In this document: positions 45,770 through 54,994 of the stretch, piece after piece | How positions within the stretch are numbered: the stretch's first letter is position 1 | Layout: each line of letters opens with the position of its first letter | Assembly (NCBI GenBank): GCA_045802495.1 | Contig: JBJMQW010000497.1 | Span: forward strand, 1-58,901 | Direction: 5' to 3' | Length of the DNA: 58,901 nucleotides | Origin: Stellaceae bacterium | GTDB taxonomy: Bacteria > Pseudomonadota > Alphaproteobacteria > ATCC43930 > CGMCC-115725 | Translations under genes and position numbers: made by a program | The notes under the pieces: generated by a model | What the model was told of the DNA's origin: nothing | The model's database searches: none | Seen by the model: only the letters and a program-made list of their open reading frames with translations

Positions 45770-47245
45770 CTATGCAGCCTCGGGCTTCGGGCGAGCGAGC
45801 GCGGCGCCGTAGGCGGCGACGAGGCGCTCCGATTCCCGCTCCCAGCACAGCTCGCGCGCCGCCCTCAGCGCATTGCGCTTGTAGCGGTCGATGGCGGCGG
45901 GATGGAGGTCGTTGATTGCCGCCGCAATCATCTCGGGGTCGACACGCGGAAAGGTCACGCCGAGATCGTGCTCGCGCAGCAGCCTTGCCATCTCCGGCAG
46001 GTCCGTGACGCACAACGCGAGGCCGGCCATCAGATACTCAAAGAATTTATTCGGGAGTGCGAATTCATTATGCCGGGAACTCCCCGGCAATGCGAAGAAA
46101 CCGACATCATAGGCGGCCGCTTCGCGCACTAGCGCGGTCATCGGCACCGGCGGCGCTATGATGATGCGCTCTGCGAGGCCACGTTCGGCGATGCGCCGCC
46201 TCAGGCCGTCGAGATAGCCTTCATCGCCGGGGCCGCGAATCGTCAGCTCAAACGCGGGCCGCCACGCGGCGACGCTGTCGATCGTCGCCTCGAGCCCGCG
46301 GCCGGGCGTCACAATGCCGTGATAAAGCACCTTTACGCGATCATGCGCCGTCGGGCGAAACGAGACTGCTTCGAAGGGCGGAGTATTGCGGATGGTGATG
46401 CCGGGGTTTGGCAGCCGGTAAAGCGTTTGCAGCCGCTCGGCGATCTTGCTCGACACCGCAGAGACCACCGCCGCGCCGCAGATGAATTCCTGCTCGAGCG
46501 CGCAGACCATCGGGCGGTGCCACAAGCGCCACTTGCGCTGGTCGCCGTACTCCTCTGCCGCAAACTCGTGCGTATCGTAGCCGTAAACGCCGCCTCGCTC
46601 GCGCGCCAGCCGGGCCGCGAGCGGCAACATCGTCCAGTCATTGGCGAGCCACACGGCGGCAGCCTCTTGTCGCGCGACGCTGTAGATATGCTGGATGTTC
46701 TCGGAAAAGGACCAGTAGATGTCCTGCGCGAAGACTGGTCGAACGCGCACGCCAAGCAATCGGAGGGCGTAGCGGATCCGGCCATTCAACAGCTGGCGGG
46801 TGCGATAATAACAATAAACCAGTGCGTTGCGGGTGAGGCGGATCGGAAATGTCAGCAGGCGCCGCAAGCCGCAGGGCAAGCGGTCCTTTAGGCCATACAT
46901 TTCGCGAAGCGGCGCATGGCGTCCGGAGGGTGCCGAACCCGGCAGCATGGCGGCTGATGAATCGGCCGGCGCATCAACGACTGATGGCGCAGGCAAATCA
47001 TCACGCGTCAATACCCGCCACTCGGGTTCGGCCGAGCGTGCGCCCGGCAGCCCGACGGCAATCACGTTCCAGCCGGCGCGATGGAAAGCTTCCGCCTGCC
47101 GCCTTACCCGCGGGTCATCGGCGATCGGCGACAAAGCCAGAACGCAGATCGTCGGCCGCTCGTCCAACACAGCCGGCGCGAGCGCTTGGCCAGAAATGTC
47201 GCCGACCGTCGTGTCGACGAGCGTCGCATGCGCGTGAGCCTCCAT
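45770..47245 (-). CDS. GT-B fold glycosyltransferase (GT4-like)
   Basis: ORF 45770..47263. The start is ATG 47245 or TTG 47263, and neither has a good SD. C-terminal motif ALPNKFFEYLMAGLAL. Confidence 0.75.
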   Translation of the reverse strand: MEAHAHATLVDTTVGDISGQALAPAVLDERPTICVLALSPIADDPRVRRQAEAFHRAGWNVIAVGLPGARSAEPEWRVLTRDDLPAPSVVDAPADSSAAMLPGSAPSGRHAPLREMYGLKDRLPCGLRRLLTFPIRLTRNALVYCYYRTRQLLNGRIRYALRLLGVRVRPVFAQDIYWSFSENIQHIYSVARQEAAAVWLANDWTMLPLAARLARERGGVYGYDTHEFAAEEYGDQRKWRLWHRPMVCALEQEFICGAAVVSAVSSKIAERLQTLYRLPNPGITIRNTPPFEAVSFRPTAHDRVKVLYHGIVTPGRGLEATIDSVAAWRPAFELTIRGPGDEGYLDGLRRRIAERGLAERIIIAPPVPMTALVREAAAYDVGFFALPGSSRHNEFALPNKFFEYLMAGLALCVTDLPEMARLLREHDLGVTFPRVDPEMIAAAINDLHPAAIDRYKRNALRAARELCWERESERLVAAYGAALARPKPEAA

Positions 47246-47502
47246 CACAAAAACCCGACGCAATGGCGGCGCGAATTCACGCTGCCGCCATATTGGCAGG
47301 CGGCTGGAATATCATTCATGCCAATTTGAATTTCGAGCAAAGAACAGGCCGATGCTCAGACACATTCAGATGCTTCCGTTTAGATCCGAGATGGGCGCCG
47401 GCCTTCGCCGGTGTGACAAGATCGTTGTTGCGATTTAGTGGGATGGAGTCCGCCTGCCCCGTGCATCATATGATTGAAGCTGAGCACCAGCTGGTGGACA
47501 CA

Positions 47503-48984
47503 CTAGCTCTTGTGAGGCAGTTTTCTGAACTCGCGAAACTTTGCAAGGCGACGGCGGACGTTCTGGATGCGTGATAGTGACGATACCGCTTGGACGATTT
47601 GGCTGCGAAAATTACGCAGAGCACTCTTTTGTATATCGACGATTGTCGCGTTCAAGCGTGCAATCTCTTCTGTATAAATCCGATTAAGGCGAGAAATCTC
47701 TTCCGTGTAGACCTGATTCAGGCGAGCAATCTCAGTTCCATAAGTCGTATTGAGGCGCTCCAGCTGTGCACACTTGAAGAGGAGAGGGTGACGCGGCATC
47801 CGCGTCGGTACCTCCTGAAGGCCGGTAATCGCGGGAGAGATCTCGTCCTGACGCGACGACGCCCGCGGCGAGCGAAGCTCCAGCCCAATCTCCCCTGCCT
47901 TGCGGCGGATCGTACCGTCGACCAGCGCAACAAAGCGGCGGTAGCTGAAGTCATCTGATCCAACGAGTCGCTCATACGCGCGATCAGCCATGCGCTCGAG
48001 CGCCTCGAGGTCGTCGAGACGAGACAATACACCCTCAATATTCGAGAAGTCTTTCTTCAATTCGATGTAGTGCACGTCTGGTTCGATCACCCCCGAATAC
48101 CGACCCGTATATAGGATCATCGGGGTTCGCATCGCCGCAGCCTCGAAAACCCGAGGCGAAATTTGCCCCATATCGTATTTGGTTTCGATCGGGTCGGTAT
48201 AAATACGGAATTCCTCGTACGGAACCGGCCCGCCTCGGGCTGCTTCCAGTTCCTTGTACTTGGCTTCGATCGCGCCGTCGAAATCGAATACGTTCGACCC
48301 GCTCTCCGAGCCGAGATTGGCTCGGCATGATGCTATGAAATTGTACCAGTCTGGTCCGTAGAGCCGTTTGTCATCGGTCCATTCGATATCGTGGGATATC
48401 CCGCGGGCAGCGCAGATTTCACGCATGCGCCGGCCGATTTCGAGTTTCTCGAAGGCGAGCCGGCCGTAGCGCCCGCCAATATCGCGTCCGCGATAGCCGA
48501 TGCCGATCGCACGATCGCGCAACGGCCGCGCCGACTTCGCCTGTTGCGGGAGGTGTTCAGGAACGTAGCCGGTGAGGACCGTGATGAATTCGGTCTGCGG
48601 GAACATCGCTCGCGGATAGATCGTCTGCAGCATCCCCGGAGGCACGCAGGTCAAGACCACATGAAACCCGATATCCCGGATCGCGCGGCGAAGTCTGTCC
48701 GTGTGATCGTACTCATCCTGTACCGCTAGGATCTTGACGCCGCGGAATGTTTTAAGCTTGGCGAGATAGTCGGGGCCGACGTAGTCGGCGAAGGACAGGC
48801 GCGCGCAGTAGCTATGGAACACCGCATCGAACTCGGCCAAGTCGAAGGCGAGTTCCGCGCCATGTGTGACATGAACGAAACGAACGTCCAAATCGGAGTA
48901 GCGGGCGATATTCTCAAGATATTCCGCCGTCGTCGAAACAAAGTTTGATGCATTGCAATAGGCTACGAGAAGGCGTCCGTTCAT
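47503..48984 (-). CDS. CgeB-family putative glycosyltransferase with a C-terminal tandem-repeat coiled-coil tail
   Basis: Lies inside ORF 47503..49104; ATG 48984 (MNGRLLVAYCNAS). The core is paralogous to 35367..36578 (ISPRVFEAAAMRTPMILYTGRYSGVI...). The tail reads LERLNTTYGTEIARLNQVYTEEISRLNRIYTEEIARLNATIVDIQ. G+C is visibly lower. Confidence 0.65.
   Translation of the reverse strand: MNGRLLVAYCNASNFVSTTAEYLENIARYSDLDVRFVHVTHGAELAFDLAEFDAVFHSYCARLSFADYVGPDYLAKLKTFRGVKILAVQDEYDHTDRLRRAIRDIGFHVVLTCVPPGMLQTIYPRAMFPQTEFITVLTGYVPEHLPQQAKSARPLRDRAIGIGYRGRDIGGRYGRLAFEKLEIGRRMREICAARGISHDIEWTDDKRLYGPDWYNFIASCRANLGSESGSNVFDFDGAIEAKYKELEAARGGPVPYEEFRIYTDPIETKYDMGQISPRVFEAAAMRTPMILYTGRYSGVIEPDVHYIELKKDFSNIEGVLSRLDDLEALERMADRAYERLVGSDDFSYRRFVALVDGTIRRKAGEIGLELRSPRASSRQDEISPAITGLQEVPTRMPRHPLLFKCAQLERLNTTYGTEIARLNQVYTEEISRLNRIYTEEIARLNATIVDIQKSALRNFRSQIVQAVSSLSRIQNVRRRLAKFREFRKLPHKS
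47647..47778. repeat. About four tandem, imperfect 33-bp repeats (11-residue units) inside the 3' end of the CgeB-like gene
   Basis: Units start at 47647, 47680, 47713 and 47746 (e.g. ccgattaaggcgagaaatctcttccgtgtagac / ctgattcaggcgagcaatctcagttccataagt). They encode the YTEEI(A/S)RLNxx repeats. Confidence 0.7.
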
Positions 48985-49128
48985 CGCAGGGCTACCGATC
49001 GTATCCTCATGCTTGTCACAGCACCGCAGCTTCCGAGTGCACGCGCGATCGGGCGGTCCGGGTTCGGGATCAGGAGGAGGAGAAAACCGCCCGCCGGGCA
49101 GCAACGGATGGCGGTTTGCTCCCTGGAA

Positions 49129-50373
49129 CTACGTCTCTTCGCGTTTCGGTGTTGCCGGCGCCGGCATGCATGTCGGCGCTTGCCGATGTCGAGGCCTCTT
49201 GCCGACCGAGGATATCGTTCGCAGCGCCTCCCTGACGACGAGCCATTTAGACCGGCTGTTATCTCGATCCGCGCCTTTAGCTGCTTTGGAACCGATCGCC
49301 ATCAAAAAAAGCCGTCCATCGACCTTGGCGAAATGATCTTTCACGACAGCTTCAGCCTCTGCCAGCGCATTAAGGCCGGCGGCGATTTCTGTCGGATATT
49401 CCTTGATTTGCAAACCTTTCGGTACGGGTTCCTGCAGCGAAGGTATCGCGATGTCCCAATATTCACTGGTGTCGTAGTGATGCAGGAGGCTGAACGCCGG
49501 CGGCCCATATTGCGACACTTCGATATATTTGAAGGCGCCGATACGTTCGAGAATCGTCCGCAGACAATGCTCCTCGAACAGCGAGACATGGAAGGGCGGC
49601 GCTGCATTGGCAGAAGCAGCCTTCGAGACCGCCGCATTCAGGCGGGTAAATTGCGGTACAATCAGCACTAAGATGCCGTCCGGTTTGAGCAATTCGGCAT
49701 AGGAGTGCAGGAAGGAGAAAGGGTCGGGAATGTGTTCGAGCACCGCAACGGCGGAAATGACGTCGAAGCGCCTTTCCATATTTCGGAGCTGGTGCGCATC
49801 GCTGTCGATGGCATCGAGCCCATAAATCTCACGCGCCAGTTGAAGCGAACGCGGATTGAATTCGTTCAGCGTGACTGCCCATCTGGGATGGCGCCGGCGA
49901 ACCAAATCGGCAACGGTTCCAAGGCCGCCGCCGACATCGAGCCACTCCCCCGCCGCGCGTCCCCGCGTTGCGGTTTCGATCATTTTCTCGAGCAATTCGA
50001 GGGGTGCGGCCGTCATGCTGTACCCCCCGACTTCGCGCAGGTGTCGGGCCTCGTAGAATTCGCGGAAATTGGTGTAATACGATCCGGCGTAGAGCTTTTT
50101 GAGGATGTCTTCCGGCGGATATGGATCGACGCAAACAAAACCACAGTTTGTGCACTGACGGTGGCTGAATTGGTGTTTCGTAAACAAATTTTTCAGCTGC
50201 CCTATTCCGCAGCACGGGCAATTCGGGTGCTGGGGCCACTCGGCCGGGTAGCCACCATCGGTCATGCAAATTCGATATACCTCGGCATTCAGAGTAAGAA
50301 GGGAGGCCGAACTTTGTTCGGCGCATGGGCCGGGCGCCGCTACCTGATCCGCACTGCTCATACCATCAGCCAT
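49129..50373 (-). CDS. Class I SAM-dependent methyltransferase with an N-terminal Cys4 zinc-ribbon
   Basis: Zinc-ribbon CPCCG...CTNCG, SAM motif WLDVGGGLGTV, and FDVISAVAVLEHIPDP. Confidence 0.8.
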   Translation of the reverse strand: MADGMSSADQVAAPGPCAEQSSASLLTLNAEVYRICMTDGGYPAEWPQHPNCPCCGIGQLKNLFTKHQFSHRQCTNCGFVCVDPYPPEDILKKLYAGSYYTNFREFYEARHLREVGGYSMTAAPLELLEKMIETATRGRAAGEWLDVGGGLGTVADLVRRRHPRWAVTLNEFNPRSLQLAREIYGLDAIDSDAHQLRNMERRFDVISAVAVLEHIPDPFSFLHSYAELLKPDGILVLIVPQFTRLNAAVSKAASANAAPPFHVSLFEEHCLRTILERIGAFKYIEVSQYGPPAFSLLHHYDTSEYWDIAIPSLQEPVPKGLQIKEYPTEIAAGLNALAEAEAVVKDHFAKVDGRLFLMAIGSKAAKGADRDNSRSKWLVVREALRTISSVGKRPRHRQAPTCMPAPATPKREET

Positions 50374-50419
50374 CTGTCTTTAATCGGGACATCAGCAAAC
50401 ACGGGAGCGCCCGCTGAGT

Positions 50420-51238
50420 TCACTTTTTCGCCGTCGCGTAAATTTCAAGACCGAAAAAATCTGGCCACCGTGTGTTCAGGAGCTCGTCCCGGGTTCGATT
50501 TTTGAAGGGGACCTCTTGTGCGATATTGCGCAATTTCCATTCGAAGCTGGTAAACGGCCGGCACAGCTCGCGCAGTGATTTAACGGAGATGAAATCAGTG
50601 TGAGGAGCGACTGCGCCATTTTTATCGTGGTCGTAGCTCCACGTTTCGGCCTCCGATAACGGTGCGACGGTACCGCGATAGCCAAAGAGCTCCGCGCAAA
50701 GATATTTCAGGGTTTGCATCCTTGCCTGTGCCCAACGGCGATACGAATAGGCGTAATACACCATCACAGTAAGCGAACCACCCGGTCGCAGCAGTCGTCG
50801 ACACTCGTTGACCGCCCTGCCCATTTCTCCAGTGTGATGAAGGCAACCGATCGTGATTATACGGTCAAAGCTTCGCTCGGCGAATGGAGCGGCCAGGATG
50901 CTGCCCTGGACAGCAGTGCCCGACAATCCAGCTTGTCTCAGGCGATGTCGCACCATCTCGACCGGGCCTCTGGCAATATCAAGGCCGGTGTACCGCGCAC
51001 CGGTCTCGGCAATTTTCTGCGCCAGCGATCCATAGCCCAAACCGACTTCCAGAACCTCTTGTCCTGAGAGCTCCCCCAACCCTACGTGCTCGAAGAGGTA
51101 CGGGTAAAACTCGAAAAACCAATCATCGAATCTCCGGAGCGATGCCGCCGTGTTATCAGTAACGCCGATTGCTTTGGCTAGATTCGTTCCGCAAAGCTCA
51201 TCCCAAAACGCAATGTTCCTCTTGTCCACCTCCGACAT
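50420..51238 (-). CDS. Class I SAM-dependent methyltransferase
   Basis: Motifs VLEVGLGYGSLAQ, FDRIITIGCLHH and LRPGGSL. Confidence 0.8.
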   Translation of the reverse strand: MSEVDKRNIAFWDELCGTNLAKAIGVTDNTAASLRRFDDWFFEFYPYLFEHVGLGELSGQEVLEVGLGYGSLAQKIAETGARYTGLDIARGPVEMVRHRLRQAGLSGTAVQGSILAAPFAERSFDRIITIGCLHHTGEMGRAVNECRRLLRPGGSLTVMVYYAYSYRRWAQARMQTLKYLCAELFGYRGTVAPLSEAETWSYDHDKNGAVAPHTDFISVKSLRELCRPFTSFEWKLRNIAQEVPFKNRTRDELLNTRWPDFFGLEIYATAKK

Positions 51239-51374
51239 GGGACCGTCCGTTTCTAGTTCCCCCGTATCATTCGTACAGCTTCATGGGCCATCGGTTGCGA
51301 TGTCTTCAGGACATCAACGCGAATTACACCGTCACGCGCTCACCGGGGATGTTACGCGACCAGCGCAAAGCGGG

Positions 51375-51400
51375 CAGACCGCATGTGGGCTTGCGGTCTG
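51375..51400. terminator. Hairpin CAGACCGCA-tgtgggct-TGCGGTCTG, 20 nt downstream of the wzt stop
   Basis: 9-bp perfect stem in the 181-nt gap between wzt and the methyltransferase genes. The U-tract is weak. It could be a terminator, attenuator or processing site. Confidence 0.4.
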
Positions 51401-51419
51401 GGCGGCAATACTCGCATCG

Positions 51420-52913
51420 TCAGGCGCGCGCGGCGTCGCTGCTGTCTGCCGTCATCTCAAAATCGACGAATTTCACGGCGCTTGGCTCGAAGAAGATCGG
51501 CGCGCCAACTCCGAGGAATGCGTCGGCCACATGGAACGAATAGAACAAGTGCCGATATTCGTAGAATTCCCAGGTTCCTGGTACATTGGGCAGCAGGCCG
51601 ACCGACAGGATATAGTCGCCTTGCCGAAACGGCGCGTAGGCGAAGGCGAGTTCGATTGTCCCGCGGCGGGAAGGTCTCACCCGAAACGGCGCCTTCAGAT
51701 AAAGGTCCGGGCTCTCGTCGGGTCGAATGAACTGGCTGTACCACTGAAATACCGGTTCCAGATCAGCGAGCCGATTGACCGCGAGCGCAATCCCCAGTGT
51801 CTCTTCCGGGACGGCATCCTTGCAGTAATAGGCAATCTTCAATGTGAACGGGCGCATCGTCGTGAGATGAGTCGAAAGCAGCCCGCTGTGGTCCAGCATC
51901 GCGACGAAATCAATAAAGACCGGCCCGCGCCGAAAGACGTATTTGCCAGTCTCGATCTGTCGGCCCTGCTCGACTTCGGCATGCCGCGTAACGGTAAAGG
52001 CGGTAGCCGGACGTCTCGCAATAAGTGTCGAGTTGTCGCATTGACCGGCCTGCCCCCCGTTTGCCGCAGCAACATGAAGCGCAGCGACGCCGTTAGACAC
52101 CGCCGGGGCCGCGCCTTGCAAAGGCTCGACGATATCGGAAAGCGCCGCGTTTTCTACCGCCTCGATCCAGCTTTCTTCATCGGCGCCCTGATGCGCTTGG
52201 AGATCGTAAGCCTGCACGACCTGCAAAGCGGGGCCGTTCATCTTGATGCAGCCGGCTTCGATCCACATCACATCGCGACAGAGCTGGGCCAGGATACCGG
52301 TGCCATGCGATACGAGAAGCACTGTTCGCCCGCCGGCGCAGAGTTCGCGGATACGGCGCATGGATTTCTGCACGAACATCGCGTCGCCGGCCGCTAGCGC
52401 CTCGTCGATGATCAGGATGTCGGGATCGACTGCGGTGGCGATCGAAAAGGCAAGACGGGCATACATACCGCTCGAATACGTCTTGACCGGCTGTTCCATG
52501 AATGGACGCAAGCCGCTGAAATGAATGATCGATTCAAGTTTGCGATCGATCTCGTCGCGGCTCATGCCATAGAGCATTCCGCTCAGGTAGATATTGTCTC
52601 GACCGCTGTGCTCCGGGTTGAAGCCCAGTCCGAGTTCGAGGATCGCAGTGACGCGCCCCCACACATCGACCGTGCCGCCGCTGGCGTCAAGCACGCCGGT
52701 GATGATCTTGAGCAGGGTGCTCTTCCCCGCCCCGTTCGCCCCGATGATGCCGAGCACCTGCCCGCGTTCGACCTCGAAGGTCACATTGTCGAGGGCACGG
52801 AACACGCGGTGCCGCTTTTTCCGGGTCAGAATTTCGAGGGCGAGATCGAGCGGCTTGTCATAGATATGGAAGTCCTTGGTGATGTTCCGGACTCGGATTG
52901 CGATGTCCTTCAC
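51420..52913 (-). CDS. wzt: O-antigen/glycan ABC exporter ATP-binding protein Wzt with an extended C-terminal (Wzt_C-like) domain
   Basis: Lies inside ORF 51420..52940. I prefer GTG 52913, where the GAGGG SD overlaps the wzm stop. Walker A GANGAGKST, signature SSGM, Walker B ILIIDEAL. About 250 further residues follow the NBD. Confidence 0.85.
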   Translation of the reverse strand: MKDIAIRVRNITKDFHIYDKPLDLALEILTRKKRHRVFRALDNVTFEVERGQVLGIIGANGAGKSTLLKIITGVLDASGGTVDVWGRVTAILELGLGFNPEHSGRDNIYLSGMLYGMSRDEIDRKLESIIHFSGLRPFMEQPVKTYSSGMYARLAFSIATAVDPDILIIDEALAAGDAMFVQKSMRRIRELCAGGRTVLLVSHGTGILAQLCRDVMWIEAGCIKMNGPALQVVQAYDLQAHQGADEESWIEAVENAALSDIVEPLQGAAPAVSNGVAALHVAAANGGQAGQCDNSTLIARRPATAFTVTRHAEVEQGRQIETGKYVFRRGPVFIDFVAMLDHSGLLSTHLTTMRPFTLKIAYYCKDAVPEETLGIALAVNRLADLEPVFQWYSQFIRPDESPDLYLKAPFRVRPSRRGTIELAFAYAPFRQGDYILSVGLLPNVPGTWEFYEYRHLFYSFHVADAFLGVGAPIFFEPSAVKFVDFEMTADSSDAARA

Positions 52914-52923
52914 CGAACAACCC

Positions 52924-53787
52924 TCAGACGACGCTTGCAAGATGGCTGCGCAGGCGAATGAAGACGTAGGATCCCAGCAGCACGGCGCCGCCGGAGATAA
53001 AGGCGACCACGCCCCAGGACACGGGGTGCGCGATCGACTGGAAATAGATCAAATCCTGATAACACCAGATCAGATGACTGAATGGATTGACCACAAGGAC
53101 GAACCGCAATGCCTCCGGCACCATATTTGGAACGTACATCACTGGGATCAAATAGATGTTGATCACCAGAAAGATGCGCATGAACTCCGATAGATCACGG
53201 AAATACGGAGCCATCACGCTGAGAAATAGCGCCAGCCCCCACAGCAATACCACATGCTGGAGAAAAAAGACCGGCAGCAGGGCCATGGTCCATGGCACCT
53301 CCTCCCGCACTATGATGACATAAGCAATGACAATGACAAAAAGCACGCCCTGAACCTTGAGGGCGGCAAAGATCGTTTTTGCGACCAGTGCTTCAACGGG
53401 AAACATCACCTTTTTGACGATGGTTGAATTGGCGAACATGATGCCGGTGGCCCGGCTCAACACGTCCTGCGTCATCAGCCAAGGCGCCAGCCCCGCAAAA
53501 AGATAGACCATGTAATCCGACGGGCCGCGTTCCCCGATGCGGACCTTGAAAACCGTGGTGAACAGGAATGCATAGACCGCGAACAAGACGATCGGATGGA
53601 CGATCACCCACAACGCGCCGCCTGCCTGACCCACATGAACATCGGTCATCTCGCGCCGAGCCAGCTCCTTGACGAGAGCGCGATGAGCCCAAACGGAGCG
53701 CAGCAGCACTACGATGCCCGATCCCCGCACCGCCTCCGGCAGCCCGCGACGGAATGCGGGTATTGCGGGACTTTCGATTTCACTCAT
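52924..53787 (-). CDS. wzm: ABC-2 type glycan exporter permease Wzm
   Basis: Lies inside ORF 52924..53868; ATG 53787. Six hydrophobic segments. ABC-2 pattern (LVKELARREM...Y..S..G..W..I.P). Confidence 0.85.
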   Translation of the reverse strand: MSEIESPAIPAFRRGLPEAVRGSGIVVLLRSVWAHRALVKELARREMTDVHVGQAGGALWVIVHPIVLFAVYAFLFTTVFKVRIGERGPSDYMVYLFAGLAPWLMTQDVLSRATGIMFANSTIVKKVMFPVEALVAKTIFAALKVQGVLFVIVIAYVIIVREEVPWTMALLPVFFLQHVVLLWGLALFLSVMAPYFRDLSEFMRIFLVINIYLIPVMYVPNMVPEALRFVLVVNPFSHLIWCYQDLIYFQSIAHPVSWGVVAFISGGAVLLGSYVFIRLRSHLASVV

Positions 53788-53836
53788 CCTTCGGGTCGGA
53801 CCTTTCCCAGCCAGTCGCGTGCCGCGCCGGCCCCAC

Positions 53837-54994
53837 TCACTGCAGCGCCTTGCGCACCGCTTCGACAATGCGATCCTGCGTCAGATCGTCGAGATATGGA
53901 TGCATCGGCAGGCTCAGCACCTCTGCGGCCAGGCGATCCGACACCGGCAGCCCGTTTCCGGCGATGGGGTAGTCTCGATAAGCCGTCTGATGATGCAGCG
54001 GCTTTGCATAATACACAGCCGTCGGGACACCGGAGGCTTTGAGCGTCGCGGCAATCGTGTCGCGTTCGCGACCGACCAACCGCACCGTGTACTGCGCCCA
54101 GACACTGGTCGATGCCGCCGGCACGTTCGGCACCTCGGCTATATCACCAAGGAGACCACCATACCGTGCGGCGATGCGGTTGCGCGCCTCGATCTCGTCG
54201 GCAAAGATCGCCAATTTCTCGCTCAATACGGCCGCCTGGATAGTGTCGAGTCGAGCGTTCATGCCGATCCGTACATTGTCGTATTTGTCGCTGCCCTGGC
54301 CGTGCACTCGCAAGCTCTTCAAGATCCCGGCGACCGTGTCGTCGTCGGTAAAGATCGCGCCGCCGTCGCCGTAGCAGCCGAGCGGCTTGGCCGGGAAAAA
54401 GCTTGTCGTCGTGATGTCCCCGATCGTCCCGACATTTCGGCCTTTATAGGTGGCGCCAAAACTCTGCGCCGCGTCGCAAATCACCCATTGCCCGTGCGCG
54501 GCTGCGATCGCGAGGATCTCGTCGTAGGCGGCGGGGAGGCCAAAGAGGTCCACCGGAATGATGCCCACAGGCTCGAAACCAAGCCGCTCGGCGGTGGAAA
54601 TACCGGCCTCTAAGCTCGCCGGATCCATGTTGAAGGTGTCCTCGTGCACATCGACAAAGACCGGGATTGCGCCGAACCAGGCTACGACCTCGGCGGTGGC
54701 GGCAAAAGTGAAGGACGGCACCAGCACCGCCTGGCCGGCCTTGAGCTCTTTGGCCATCAGCGCGAGCCCCAGCGCATCGGTGCCGTTGGCGCAGCTCAGC
54801 ACGTGCTTTGCGCCGCAAAATTCGGCGAGCTCTTTCTCGAGCGCGCCGACCTCGGGTCCCATGATAAACCGGCCGTGCTCGACGACGCGCAGAATCGCGT
54901 CGTCGATGCGGCGGCCAAGACGCCGACGTTGCGCGCCAAGATCTATGAATTCGATCGGCGCGTCTGTGGACCGCAAGGTGGTCGGGTTGGCCAT
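53837..54994 (-). CDS. DegT/DnrJ/EryC1/StrS-family sugar aminotransferase (WbpE-like)
   Basis: Lies inside ORF 53837..55099. ATG 54994 overlaps the upstream TAA (TAATG). Motifs CANGTDAL, DAAQSFGA and SFFPAKPLG (PLP Lys). Confidence 0.9.
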   Translation of the reverse strand: MANPTTLRSTDAPIEFIDLGAQRRRLGRRIDDAILRVVEHGRFIMGPEVGALEKELAEFCGAKHVLSCANGTDALGLALMAKELKAGQAVLVPSFTFAATAEVVAWFGAIPVFVDVHEDTFNMDPASLEAGISTAERLGFEPVGIIPVDLFGLPAAYDEILAIAAAHGQWVICDAAQSFGATYKGRNVGTIGDITTTSFFPAKPLGCYGDGGAIFTDDDTVAGILKSLRVHGQGSDKYDNVRIGMNARLDTIQAAVLSEKLAIFADEIEARNRIAARYGGLLGDIAEVPNVPAASTSVWAQYTVRLVGRERDTIAATLKASGVPTAVYYAKPLHHQTAYRDYPIAGNGLPVSDRLAAEVLSLPMHPYLDDLTQDRIVEAVRKALQ

